A DNA stretch of 64,000 nucleotides from the NCBI RefSeq assembly GCF_009834535.1, contig NC_045697.1:45572001-45636000 (forward strand), given 5' to 3'. The position numbers and the translations under genes are program-made. This stretch comes from Camelus ferus (Eukaryota). Below, one piece after another: positions 1 to 12,363 of this stretch. Every line of letters starts with the position of its first letter. Position 1 is the stretch's first letter. A model generated the notes under the pieces. The model was given only the letters and a program-made list of their open reading frames with translations, was not told the origin of the DNA and ran no database searches.

Positions 1-370
1 ACTAACTTTAGAATACTTGGGAGACCTTGAGAAGAGAGGAATTTACCCCAATTTATAGATATTTTAGGGGAAATATGGTGGAGAGTGTTCCTTGGGCTTG
101 GTCTCCTACCCTCAGGTCAATAAATAAAAGAGGATTTAAAAAATCCAATTTAAGGTTCCTTATGAAAACTCCCAGGCACAATTTAATTTAGCATTTGTTC
201 AAAATTGTGCAGATTTAGAGTTTACAAAGGAAACTTAAGGTGTCCTATATGGTAAAATAACACTTTTACTGCATCCATGTGAAAAAAAGTCAGGCAACTC
301 TAATTAGATCAGCTTTTTAAGAATAATCTTTCTTTGAAATTATTACAATAAAAAGAGAGGAGGAGACTGT
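1..370. mobile_element. Possible degraded ERV1 internal-region fragment
   Basis: Resembles non-coding ERV1 (MER4-group-like) internal sequence from memory; no ORF support. Confidence 0.3.
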
Positions 371-999
371 CAGGGAAAACTGTGAGAGATTTTGAAACGG
401 GCAAAAATCAAATAGCGGCTATCTTGACTACTCACTCATCTACGTTTTCTCATCTTTGACATCACAACTCTAAGTTGTAGTAATCTGATAATGCAAATAC
501 TTCTAGTCTGTATAAATGCAAAGCAGTTGTGTTTGATGCAAGGCAACTGATTTTTGCATTGATTTTGATAGACCAGTTTTGCTTTTATTTATAAATTCAT
601 TTCATAATCTCCTATTCCCTTTTCATGTCTCTGGTCTTTGAATCCTTGGAACCAATAGTAACATCATATGGGTCCCTTGTTAATTAATGAATTAAAAATC
701 TCTGACACGTTCATTTTGTACCTGTATGAAAACCATGATTCTACCTTCTTTTAAAAATTATTCTTTAACAATAGATAACAAGGGTGCTAAAAACAATCTC
801 ACGTACACAACAATAAGAACAACAAACAATGCAGTTAGTTGAGAAAATTCAGCACTCAGGAAACTGACTTCAAATTCACAGCACTGTAAAGAGTTGTTAA
901 AAGACTTCCACCTGAAGTCACTACTATGTACCAGGAGAGATGGGACTCTAAGCCAAATATAAAATATGAGTAAAGCAAGACAATGAGATAAGATCATTG

Positions 1000-1820
1000 A
1001 TTATAAACTACTGAAAAATAACTGATGGAACAAAGTAAAAAGACTCTAACCTTACTCTATAAAATCTAATACAATATAGAGTTAAATGTATAAAGGAAAC
1101 CATAAACCAACCCAAAAGAAAATATTGGCAAATATTTGTCCATTCTTAGTATGGGAATCTTTTAAAACACAGAAACAATGGAAGAAATCAGAAAAGGAAA
1201 TCAATAGTTAGGACTATATAAAAATTTAAAACTTGCATGTTAAAAAATTCTAAATGTTAAAAGATAGGTATCTAAATCGTCACATGTCACTGAAAATGAG
1301 AGCCAAAGGTTTTCTACTTTTTTATATATAGAATACTTACAATTTAATGGGGAAAAAAGCCCTACTAAAACTGTATAGAAATGTGTGTAGAGAGCAGTAA
1401 CAATTCCTGAAGAAGAAATACAAAAACATGCATGTGAAGGAAATGTTCATCCTTAATGATAATCAAAAATAAAAATCAAAATGACTCCAATAAATTTGAA
1501 TTACAAAATTAAAATTTTAAAAATATGCAAAATAAATAGAGCATAGTGAATGGGTAGTCATAAGCAGTTCAGGTATAATGAAACATTTATAATTTCTAAC
1601 TGCAAACTGATTTGACAATATCTCTCTAAAACTTTCCAACGTATCTATTTTTTGACTAAGCAATTTCCTTTTCAGGAATCCATCTTAAGGAAAAAAATCA
1701 AAAACTTGTTATAGAAAGTTGTTATTTAAACATGAGGGGAAAAACAGAAACCAACCTAAATGTCCATCAGTGGGAAATTCTTACATGAATTATGATCGCT
1801 TTATAGGATAGAATAGTATT
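1000..1820 (+). mobile_element. Old L1 (L1M-type) ORF2 3' end / 3' UTR fragment
   Basis: A-rich, degenerate L1 motifs such as gactatataaaaatttaaaactt and ccaacctaaatgtccatcagtggg. Confidence 0.7.
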
Positions 1821-1824
1821 TACA

Positions 1825-2030
1825 TTGTTTCACAGCTTGCTATTTGCACTTAATAGTGTGTCTTGAACATCTATTCATACTAGCCCATCAACCTCAGCAA
1901 CTACACCGTTAACTGCTTTTCAGAACTGCTGCATACTATTTCACTGTGTTGAGGTATCACAGTTTATTTAGTCATTGCCCTGTCACGGATATGTAATTTC
2001 CAGTTTTTAACTACTGTAGTGAAAAGTGAT
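1825..2030 (-). mobile_element. Old L1 3' fragment in opposite orientation
   Basis: Degenerate minus-strand L1ME-like motifs (cacttaatagtgtgtcttgaacatc, cacagtttatttagtcatt, tttccagttttt). Confidence 0.5.
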
Positions 2031-2084
2031 ATTCTTTTAGAACTTTCATTGTTTCTAAGTTGATACACCACCAAGAAGCAATGT

Positions 2085-2233
2085 TTATTCACTGAGCACC
2101 TATTCAGTGGCACATTAAACACACTGTCTTACTTATCATCACAATAACCTTGTGTAAAATGGTTGTTTTTACAGATTTAATAGATGAGAAAATAGAGGTA
2201 GAGAAGAGCTCCAAAGGGGTTAAATAATTGCCC
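2085..2233 (-). mobile_element. MIR SINE, interrupted by an L1 3' end
   Basis: MIR core motifs cactgagcacctat, cacaataacct, agatgagaaaatagagg, ttaaataattgccca; appears to resume after 2490 (cacccaaag). Confidence 0.65.
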
Positions 2234-2490
2234 ATTGGGATTTCAGGATTTGCAGATACTAACTCCTATACGTAAAATAGATTTAAAAACAAGGTCTTAC
2301 TGTATAGCACAGGGAACTATATTCAATACCTTGTAATAGCTGATAATTAAAAAGAATATGAAAAGGAATTTATATTTGTAGAACTGAATCACTATGTTGT
2401 ACATCAGAAACTAACACAACATTGTAAATTGACTATACTTCAATAAAAAAATAAAAAATAGAAAAATAGAACAAAAACAAAAACAAAAAA
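2234..2490 (+). mobile_element. Short 5'-truncated L1 3' UTR with A-rich tail
   Basis: ctgtatagcacagggaactatattcaat ... acacaacattgtaaattgactatacttcaataaaaaa, the same terminus as the longer L1 copies in this window. Confidence 0.9.
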
Positions 2491-5400
2491 CTCACCCAAA
2501 GCTGATACGATCTATTTAACTCCGACTCATTTTACCTGTTGCCTCTCTTAAAGAGTTCTTCCCTGCCTGAGCCCTGGTGGCTATTCTCCACCCTTTCCTA
2601 CTTGTCCTTTAGCCCCCTTTCAACTGTTCCCAGATAATTTGGAGAGTCTTTAGGTCTTCAGTTCTCAGATGGAATTCATTAAGAGACTAAGGCAGATTTC
2701 TGAATATCCTAAAATATTATTATATTACTCTGTGTATGGCCCCAGGCGTGCATTTTCTTTTCTGAGCAAACCATGAGACTTATCAGATTTTTAAAATATG
2801 TTGTGTTTCCCAAAAGGTTAAGAACCTATCCTCTGGAGCAGCCTCATGTGCTTGTGAGGTAGTTTTCTGGGTTACCAAGTTAGGGCTGCCTTTTGTTTGT
2901 TTGTTTTATTGTGCTTTTCACTCTTGAGGTCATATCTATCACTGAGGCCACCAATGTTTCTGCTGACGATATTCCAACCAGCAATAAGCATTTAAAAGCT
3001 GTCAACGTGAGATTTTTCTCTCTTGCCAATGGACTTGATCACTGTCGATACTACTGTGTTCCATGTTCCGATATATTTCAACATCCCGCAATCTGCTTTG
3101 GGATTTCAACGCCTCAGAAACCCGTAAGCATCTGCTGGGGTGGTGAATGGTTAAGAAGGAGTCATGGGAGTTGACCACTTATTCAACTGTAGTCATGCTC
3201 TCTTTGAATTAGAGATAATCCCTTAACTGTGCTCTTGCCCCTGCAATGACTCCATGTCTGACTCATGTGCTTCTGGTGCCTGCTTCTTTGTCATTAGTTA
3301 TCAGGTCTTTGAAATCATGAAGGAAACAGTCATTTTGTTCTTATTTAATCCCTTCATTCAGCCAGGAAACTCACTTTCCACTCTTTCCCATACTCTTTGT
3401 CCTGATTTGTGACAAATTTTGTGAAGAACAGTGTGAACTGAAACTAAAGCTCTCTTCCTCAGATTGCCCCATTCTCATTTCTGTATTGGTCCATTTTACT
3501 TTTGGCATAATGTGACTGGGCTGCCCTTCTGAGAAGCTTCAAACAGCAATTTAAAATACGTACTTTTCTTTCTACCACAGATATTCAACTTGGATGGTGA
3601 AGAGTTGTCATTCACTTTTATTAGTAAGCATTGCTATACGTATAATAATTTTAAATTATATATATACATATTTTTTTCTTTCCTCCTGCTTATCTTTTCT
3701 GTGCTATACCTCATATATGAGTTCAGCTATTGGACAGTTAACAACGGTGTGCTTATCTCTAGGGGTTGTTCCATAATACTGCGTATAAAATTAAAATCAG
3801 TTTTCCAGGTCAAGAAGAGGGCATAGCATTTAAGTTTTAGGACTTTAAATTCATAAAAGTCAAGCTCTGTTGTATAACATTTAATGTATTCCTCAAGGCC
3901 ATTGATTTTAGCAGTAGTTAGTTGAGTAAATACTTAATTTATATGTGGTAGAACTTCGGTTCAGGTAGACCAGGTGATTGCCCAAGGGAGAAAATGTTTA
4001 AAAGCTTCTTAGTTTGTGGGTGTTTTAGGGCTATAATCAACCAAACATTCAGTAATTTGGGCAGCAAAACCAGAAAGTTGGCAAGACCTCAGCTTTACTT
4101 AAGAACTGTGACTGTGCCACAGTTAAAAATTAACATTTACAGGAGCCCTCTGAGGAAAATTCAGAGCCAAAAAAGTGATGCTGGTGATTCAGTAAGTGTC
4201 CCCTGCCCTGTTAATTCAAGTTTGTGAGGAGCTGAGGGGACACTGTTGGAGACTTTGAAGAAATCATAGTCTCTCTTAAACCTCTTCTATTCAGTATAGG
4301 TTCTTTTTAAAAAATGTCCAATGGGAAATATACCTGGGTTCTGTAAAAAGACAGATTGTAAAACTGAGGACCTTCACTGGGAGGGTGGAGCTTCACAAGA
4401 TTAAATTTGAACCATCTGCAGAAAAGATGTAGGGATTTTATGGACCTCCATTTTGAGAAGTGCAATTTCTAGCCTGGGACAGGCTCCATTTGATTCTAAC
4501 ACAGTGAACCGGGAGCAGCATCAGGAGACAATTAACACCTTTCCTACTAATAGTAGCAAGTGCTTGGGTGGGGGTTGCTTGGGAAGAACAGAACAGAGGA
4601 GAGGGGAGCTGTAAGCAGGTACTGCTGGAATCGTCCTCTAAATTAAGCCAGCAAACAAGCAAAACCCCCCCCAAAACAGAAGTATGTGTTTTCACTGGGA
4701 GAAATTACTTTTAATTTTAAACACTGTTCATCTAGATATTCTTTTGCTCATGAAAAAAAAAGTAAAATTTGGCACTTTTTTTTGGCATCTGTATTATATA
4801 CAATAATGACTAAGTATTTATTTTTTAAAATAATAAAATACCAATGAGCCTAACACATCACGATTGCTCTGGACACCCAGAGTCAGCAATTCAAACTTCA
4901 GCAAAACCCCCCCAGGGTTAATTCACCTACCAAGGAGAGAAAAGAACCAGAGTCAATTACTCTGGTAAAAATAGCATTAGCTCTACATATGTTTCTAGCA
5001 TCTAAGATCTTAAAACATTTTAAAGTTAACCTCAAAAGTTTCCAGGATTATTTCTGGCCCTACTATTCATTTCTTTAGCAAATATTTAATATGCAGTTTA
5101 TTCATTCCACAGAGGTTTACTGAGCACCTACCGTGTGCTAGCACTGGAAATACAATGGTAAAACAACCAGAAAGGGTTTCTGCCCCACGTTTCAGTTTAC
5201 ACTTTACAAGTCTTTGTCACATATGGTTCATATGAGCATCTGGGCAAACCTACATGAAAAGGATTCTTAACGAGGCCATGATAGCAAGAATGGGTACTGC
5301 CACCTTCATTCTACAATGAGCCAAGGAAAAATAGCAGTGATTTATCAGCGGAAGCATCTATCGGGATCGTTGGTACTGTGGACATTACGCAGAAGTCCTT

Positions 5401-5546
5401 GGTATACGGTCTGTACTTCTAGCCTGTGCAGTCTCAGGAATCTGCAATTTAGACTCCTTAAAATTAAGATTGTTGGCTTAAAACTTGTTTTAGAGGAATG
5501 AACTTCGATTACTTTAGGAACATATGGTAAGGTGAAAAAACAGCTC

Positions 5547-5767
5547 ATAATTGGGAGTTCAAGATCTGCAAATATTAACTACTATATATAAAATAGATAA
5601 AAAAAAATTTCCTCTGTATATGCACAGGGAACTAAAATCAATATCTTGTAGCAACCTATAATGAAAAATAATATGAAAAGGAATATATATGTATTTGTAT
5701 GACTGAAACATTATGCTGTACACTGGAAATTGACACATTGTAACTGACTATACTTCAATTAAAAAAA
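5547..5767 (+). mobile_element. Short 5'-truncated L1 3' UTR
   Basis: gcacagggaact ... gacacattgtaactgactatacttcaattaaaaaaa; aligns by eye with 30377-30592. Confidence 0.9.
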
Positions 5768-6561
5768 TCACTATGTAAAGCAGTGTGTATCAAATCCAGC
5801 TAATCTTTAAGCTTATCCAAAGAGACATTTAAAAATACAGATTCCTGGACCTTGCCACAGACGAATGATGCAGTTTGAACCTCTAGGGGTGGAGCCTAGG
5901 GTTCTCCTGATTGGCTAGAGGAAGGGGAAATGCTTCATAGAATTGACAAACATCGCTACTAATCAAAACAGGGTAGACTAGCCGCTGACGAGAGCTCATG
6001 TAAAAACAGTTTGCATTTCAAAGTAGCACATTTTTATGTTTGAACAATTGTGATTTTCAGACAGAGGAGACTGGATTGGGGAGCTTCTGTTTGTACAGTG
6101 AGGAGTATTGTATGTAAAAAGAAAAGAAATGCATCCTGTTACGTCAGTGCATCATCTGCATTGCACATGCCTTCCAAGTTCATGACACTCAGGATGATCC
6201 AGCATCTCTCAGATCTCTGAACTTTTTTTTGTTTGTTTTTTTGCTTGTTTTGTTATTTCTCAAACAACTATATTCAAAGTGCACTCCATTAGACACCAAA
6301 GTAACAGAAAGGAGCTTCTGTTCTACTGAATTTCATAGTTTTAATATAATTGATTTTCTTTTGCACACCAATGTTTAGCCAACAGAAAAATAATCTCCTT
6401 TCAAAATGGCTTATTCATTTTTGTACTTAGACATAACACAAATGGTATAGATTTTCACTGAACTGTGTAGAATGGCAAAGACTCATTAGATTTGGCTTCC
6501 ATACTTGGAATTCAATTCTCTCTCACAACTTCTCTGCTATCACTTTCCTTTCTGCACCTTG

Positions 6562-6734
6562 ATCTCAACCCTGCTTGCACTTAAGAATCACCCAGGGAGC
6601 TTTTTAAAAAAGAATGGATGCCCAGGCCTTCCACCCATGTCAATTAAATCAGTATCTTTGTGGATGAGGCCAGGCATCTTATATTCTAATAGTTTCTGGG
6701 TGATTCTGCTGTCTGGCTCATGCTGAGAATCACT
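6562..6734. mobile_element. MER5-family hAT-Charlie DNA transposon
   Basis: ctcaaccctgcttgcacttaagaatcacccagggagctttttaaaa ... ggtgattct ... tgagaatcact. Confidence 0.75.
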
Positions 6735-6739
6735 CTTTA

Positions 6740-7370
6740 GCCAGAACGAATTCCTCTTCCTTTCCATGCAGTCCCATGCTCTGTGCTTCCAGACCTTTGT
6801 GTGTGATGCTCCTTCCTACCAGAATACCCTCCCTGCTCCGGTCCTCCTATTTTCACCATACCCACCCTTCAAGATCCGGCTCAGATGCTATCTCTTCTGT
6901 TAATTTGTTTTTGAATGCCTGAGGTCCAAGTGAATTCTGCTTCCTCTGAATTCTTTTTTTTTCCTTTTTCTGTTTTATTTGGTAGAATTATTCCAGTTCA
7001 ACTGCACATACATATTACATTGCATGTAACTACATATATACAGTATACTGCATATTTTTTTTAGTTTACTGATCATTGTTTCTAAGAACAGATTAGAGCT
7101 TTAGCTTTTTAAACTTACATAGTTATCAAACGAACACAGCTAACTACAAAATAAGAATCAACAGAATGTGGTAATCCAATCATAAAGGACAGTCAAGTGC
7201 GCTTACACATAGAGCATTTTCTGTCCTCTAGGTCACTTTCTAGCTTGCCATTTATGTGCATAGTCTATTTCCCCACCAATTAAGCTGTGAGTTTTTAGGG
7301 CAAGAAACCCACCTTTTTGATTCACTTTTTATAGCTCCCAGTGCCCAGTAGGTACTCAGTACACATCAGA
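6740..7370 (+). mobile_element. L2 3' fragment, split by the insert at 6954-7210
   Basis: L2 motifs ccttcaagatccggctcagatgc, ttcctctgaattc...agagcattt, ctgtgagtttttagggcaag, cagtaggtactcagta. Confidence 0.6.
6954..7210 (-). pseudogene. Probable retroposed mRNA 3' UTR fragment (parent gene not identified)
   Basis: T-run at 6954-6969 reads as a poly(A)-like tail on the minus strand, with AATAAA at 6979-6974. The body is non-repeat-like AU-rich sequence and it interrupts an otherwise continuous L2. Confidence 0.55.
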
Positions 7371-9828
7371 TGAGGAAGAGGAGGATGGAGGAAGAATGAA
7401 GAGGCTACAGACCTACTGACATCCATCCAGCTCATCATCTTCTCTATACTCATCCAGCACTAGAACTAACTCTCTTTCTCCCCAAAGTGTTGGAGCAAAG
7501 TGAATCTCTCAACCACTTTTTCTGCATGATATGCATTCTCTAAGTTTTGTCTTTCCCTGAATGATCAGGTAGTTGCAATATTAAAAAACATCAACTCAGA
7601 AACTTCCTAACCACAGGAGGGCCCCTAGTCCTAGTCCTCTTTGATCTTCACCAGGATTATTGTTATGCTCTCATCTTCTCCACACTTTCTCCCTAGTGTG
7701 TCCAATCTACACCCTCTAATCTCCTTAAAACATAGCTTTCCATCTGTTATTTCCCTGCACAAGACCTTGGCATATTTCCCCATTTCCCCATATCAAATCT
7801 AGTCCAAGACCCTCATTATTCCTCCATTCAACGGTTTTCCATGACTCCCATTCCACTCCTCCAAACCAATACTTCAGGCCAGTTGAACTATTTAGGTTTT
7901 CCTTTCCTTTCCTTTACACCCATCAACCTTATCTTTGTTAATAGGCTTCACTCCTGGTATTATCTTCTTCTCCATCTCTATGAGTTCAATACCTAATCAT
8001 TCTTCAAGTCTAGTTCAAAGATTACCTCCTCCATTATCTCCTAACAACCCCCAGTGCTGCTGCCCTCACCATCCCCTCTTCACTTGGTCCTGCCCCAGAT
8101 TAAAAGACATCTCTTCTTTCCCTGAATTCCCAAAACATTTCTCTTTTTTGCAGCATATCACTTTCTTCCTTATGTTGCAGTTGTTTACAAGCCTGTTTCC
8201 TTAAAAACCTTACAAGCACTGAAAGGGCAAGGGGTGAACTCTCGCTCGTCTTTACATTCCCTATGGGATCTCATATGAAAGATTAAGCTCCATTGCTAGA
8301 CTCTACTAATAATGAACTCTGTGACCTTGAGCTTGTCATTTAACCTGTGTGTGTCAATTTGTTCATAAATCAAAAACACATTCTAACTTAACAGCCTTAA
8401 TTTGAGATGGCTTAAATTACATACTCCTGGGATCGCACAAGGACACCTGAAAGCACATACCAAAAAGATTTCTACATAATCTTAACAAAACCTAAGTTTA
8501 TGGTCACATTGACAGTTTCCACAGATAACTTCCTGTAATTTGTTTTCTGACTTACTTGTATCAATATAGATTGGGGGTGACTGTACCCTTTCTGGCTATC
8601 ACTTCTCCCTCAAGCATCAGTGACATAATCTATGCCTCAACTTTTAATTGGTGTAGCATCATGTTTGTGTGTTTGGAGGGAACCACTTATTCAATCATTT
8701 ATTCTACAAATATTTATTGAGTATCTATTAACCAGACATTTTTCCAGGTGATGGGTTCTCACATTAGTAAACAGAAGAGGGGAGGGGAGGGAAAAAAAGC
8801 TGGTGTAACTATGGAAGATTTTTCCTATTGTAACTATTTTATACAATCTCTTATCTTATTAGGAGATCATGAAGGTTTTAGACCACCTATGTTAGGCTGA
8901 GACTCAACTATTTCATGGTTAATGTTTCCTAAAAGCAAAAGAAAAATGCCTATTTTTTTTTTTTCATTTGTCCAGATAATGTAGGGGAGTGAGTGCAAAG
9001 TGCGTCCACTCAATCCTTCTAAAGATAATACATTGGAAACATTTTGGTGGGTGTGAATCACACACACGCATTCTTCACTCAAAAATAGAAACTGGCCTTA
9101 TTTGTTCCAGATGTTATACAGCTGCAGGGAAGTTAAAGCCAGTGGTCCTGTTTTCAATGCAACCAAACTCTTATTGCATTTGGAATTTCTTAACCAATGA
9201 ACTCATATTACTTGTTCTAAGACCTACATAATTTTCTTTTTTCCACTGTTACCATTCACAAACAACTGTTTCATGGGAACCATGCTTCAGAATTAATGAG
9301 TCTACATCTGTGTTGCACAAAGGAAACACATCCTGTTTACCACTGCTTCCACCTTTCATTTATCTTGACCCCTTTAATTTTAAGCATAAAATATTTCAAA
9401 GAGAGTACTTGAAGGAACGGAAAAGGAGAGTTGAGTTGTGTTGTTCTTACAATATTTTCCAGCACTTTAACTACTGGAGTTATAAGAAGGTGTTCATCTT
9501 AGGAAGAATCTCAAGCAAAATTACTAAGAAAAATATTAAGTATAAAAGTATAACTTGTTTGTAGTTCAAAAAACTTGGCATATTCACTTATTTCTTGATC
9601 CTCCTGTTGATCCATAAGATATGCTATGTGAATGCATGAAATGCAAAAGGATCAAGGCTCTTTGAAGAGGATGAGTAAGTTAAGAAATCATGTAGGAAAT
9701 GCACATGCTAACTTTATATCTAGTTCAAAACAACGAAAATATAGTTATATTTCGTTTGAGAATACTTGTGTTTGGGAACAGAGTACGAGATCTCTTGAGA
9801 TTATTGCCCTTTTTTTTGAGAAGTGGTC

Positions 9829-9950
9829 TTTTTCGAATTGTGGTTCATGGACAATCAGCAGTAGAATCACATTGGCCACTTAGGAAAATATGTACTTCTG
9901 GGCCCTGTTGAGTCAGGATCTCTGTGAAGTGGGGCTGGGGTTCTAGTGGG
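9829..9950. mobile_element. MER5A-like hAT fragment
   Basis: agtggtc...gtggttcatggac..tcagcagtagaatcac ... gagtcaggatctctg...gtggggc. Confidence 0.65.
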
Positions 9951-10081
9951 GACACTGGAGAGCAAAAAACAACAACAACCATAAACACGCATCTTCCACA
10001 TTAAAACCCAGGGAGGTTAAGTGAATTACTCAAGGCCATAGAACCAGTTAATAGTAAAGTAAGGCTTAGAATTTTGCTTAT

Positions 10082-10570
10082 TGTGAACGGAAAATACTGG
10101 AAACCATATCAGTAAACAAAGAATGCTGAAACCATCAAGTCGTCAGCGGCTGCCCCCCAACCCCCACCCCGGGAAGACAAGCCTACAGCCCAGCCCAGCC
10201 TCTGCAGCCACTCACAATGGTGCACTCTGAGGGGACTCAGAATAAGAAAGGACAGGATACTGGCCCTAGATAGCTAGATGCTTGTCAAAGGAATGAATTC
10301 AATGAGCCCAAATGTTTGCTTCCTCCCATGCATAGAAAAGCACTAAATTCTTTAACTTGAGATGCCTGGCTTTCTTTAGATAACAAGTAATCTTTTATTG
10401 TTCCAACTACTTGGTCTTTGTTGTAAAGCTCCTATATATCCTAGCTCCTTCCCTGCCTCTTCAGAGCAGTCCCTCAGAGAGATCTGAGAGGCTGTCCTCC
10501 CAGCTCGAGTCCTCCCCCCAATTAAAACGTAACTCTCAACTTCTAGGTTGCGCATTTATTTCAGTTGACA
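10082..10570 (+). mobile_element. Solo ERV1-class LTR inserted in a MIR
   Basis: TG...CA termini; 4-bp TSD TTAT (10078-10081 and 10571-10574); TATA-like ctatatat near 10432; ATTAAA at 10521; several retained CpGs. Confidence 0.85.
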
Positions 10571-11250
10571 TTATTGATGCTGAGACCAACGTTCTTCTCT
10601 AGTAAGTTTTTATCTTCAAAAAGATAAACAAAATAAAATTTAAAGGAATACAAGTATACAAATATCATTGGCCGTCTCACCTAATAATTCTTTACTTTTA
10701 TCACTAATTAATTAAATCAATGTTCACTCTCTTAAGATTTTAGAAGTAACTTTCCTTCAGACTCATCATGATCTTTTGGGTTATAATTAAAATCTTCCAG
10801 AAAAAAAGAGAAAAATGTTGTATTTCATGGATTGTTAACTAAGTCTTTGAAATCTCATGATTGTTTATTTTGGAAATGAGTGTCTTAATTAAAATTATTT
10901 GAACCATGTTCAAGTAGCAGTTTGAATTCAGTAATGATTCTTCAAAGACATACACAAAAACTATAACTTATGACATACACTCTTGATATACGTATATGCC
11001 ACTAGTTAAAATACAGCCCTAAAATGGTCTGTGTGATGCCATTGAAAACTGATTTAAAAAATTATTTCACACATGTTAATGATGCTATGAATCATTTACA
11101 TCTTTTCTTATGTATGTAGTTTAGCCTTGGAAATGGAAGACTGTGAATGCTATTTATTAAGTTTTCTGTAATTTGCCTCAAATGATAATATTTAACATCC
11201 ACTTATGAGAAGTAAAGAGGCACCATTAGAGAGAAGATGTGCTCATAAAC

Positions 11251-11915
11251 TGAAGATGAATTCATAGATTCATAATAAACATGGCCTTAATGATGTTCAG
11301 GTCCAGTTGCTCATCTCACTAATGAGAAACCTGAGAATAAAAAGAGTAGCGTTCTTTTGAAGGAGACAACATTGTGTCAGAAAGTATTACCACAGCCGTT
11401 AACCCTAACACTACCCCTCCCTTGAGGGAACATAAGCTGTGGGGAAGTGTTATCTTTGTTTTAAAAGACATCACCAGGAGAGAAAAACAAGAGGCTACCA
11501 GAACTGATTAGAACGACCGAATCTAAAATGGCAGAAGACCTGACTTCCCGTAGACCTTGAGCCTCATTATTTGCTCACTGTAATGCACTAGCATGGTGAG
11601 TGCCACTCTACCGGTGGCCATGACAGGAAGTACCGGACTACAGAAGAAAGAAAAGGAGGTGGCATCCCAGTTCCAGGAAGAACCTTGTCTATTCCCAGAA
11701 AACCAACACCTATTCCTCCCCCTCGCATTGATCACCCCTTGATGAGAAGCTGACTTGTGAAGTAAGTTCCCGCTTCTGCATCCTCTGGCCCTTGAATAAA
11801 CCTTATGCTGTTTCAGTCTCAGCATCAGCTTTGTTATGGGCTGTGCAAATCCGAATGGGAAAAGAACCTCCTGGCTAGGGCCCAAGTGCCTGTCCATTAG
11901 GCCAATCTGGTGACA
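11251..11915 (+). mobile_element. Solo ERV1-class LTR (MER41/MER39-like) nested in an MLT1 LTR
   Basis: TG...CA termini; 4-bp TSD AAAC (11247-11250 and 11916-11919); motif aaaatggcagaagacctgacttcc..gaccttgagcctcattat; AATAAA near 11795. Confidence 0.8.
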
Positions 11916-11919
11916 AAAC

Positions 11920-12363
11920 TGCTAGTTGTCTACCTAAAACTTCCTTCTCCCTTTTGCAGAACTCCTGTTCCTAGCTGAGCACATGGCTAACTAAGTAAAA
12001 GATTGCATTTCCCAGCCTTCCATGTAGCCAGATACAGCCAGGTGACTAAGCTCTTGCCGTGGAACATAAGTGACTATAAGTGTGGTAGCTTTGAGGAAAC
12101 TTCCTTACAAGGCAATAGGGTCATGTTATTTGCACCCACTCAGCTCCCTCCATACATTCTGTTTGAAATGCAGTTGCTTTGGCTGGAGATCTATATTGGC
12201 CTAAGAGGATAAGGACCACCTTGGCCCAGATGACTGGGAAGCTGCCACTCCAACTTTGGACAGCCACTATCTATTTTCACAAATGGGAGATAAAGAAGTT
12301 TCTGTTCGGTTTCAGCCACTGTCTTGGGGTTTCTGGGGTTTGGAGCTGTATCTGATTGCAGAC
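11920..12363 (+). mobile_element. MLT1 (ERVL-MaLR) LTR; first ~13 bp lie at 11238-11250
   Basis: Removing the nested LTR restores tgtgctcataaactgctagttgtctacc, an MLT1-like start. Internal cattTcccagccttccatgtagc..gtgactaag; end tttcagccactgt..ttggggtttct. Confidence 0.7.

Noticed and set aside
5884..5920. GC-box plus CCAAT-like promoter motifs
   Set aside because: At the edge of a MER5-like fragment, with no CpG island or downstream exon.
11523..11897. 124-aa minus-strand ORF
   Set aside because: Lies wholly inside a solo LTR; no recognisable protein.
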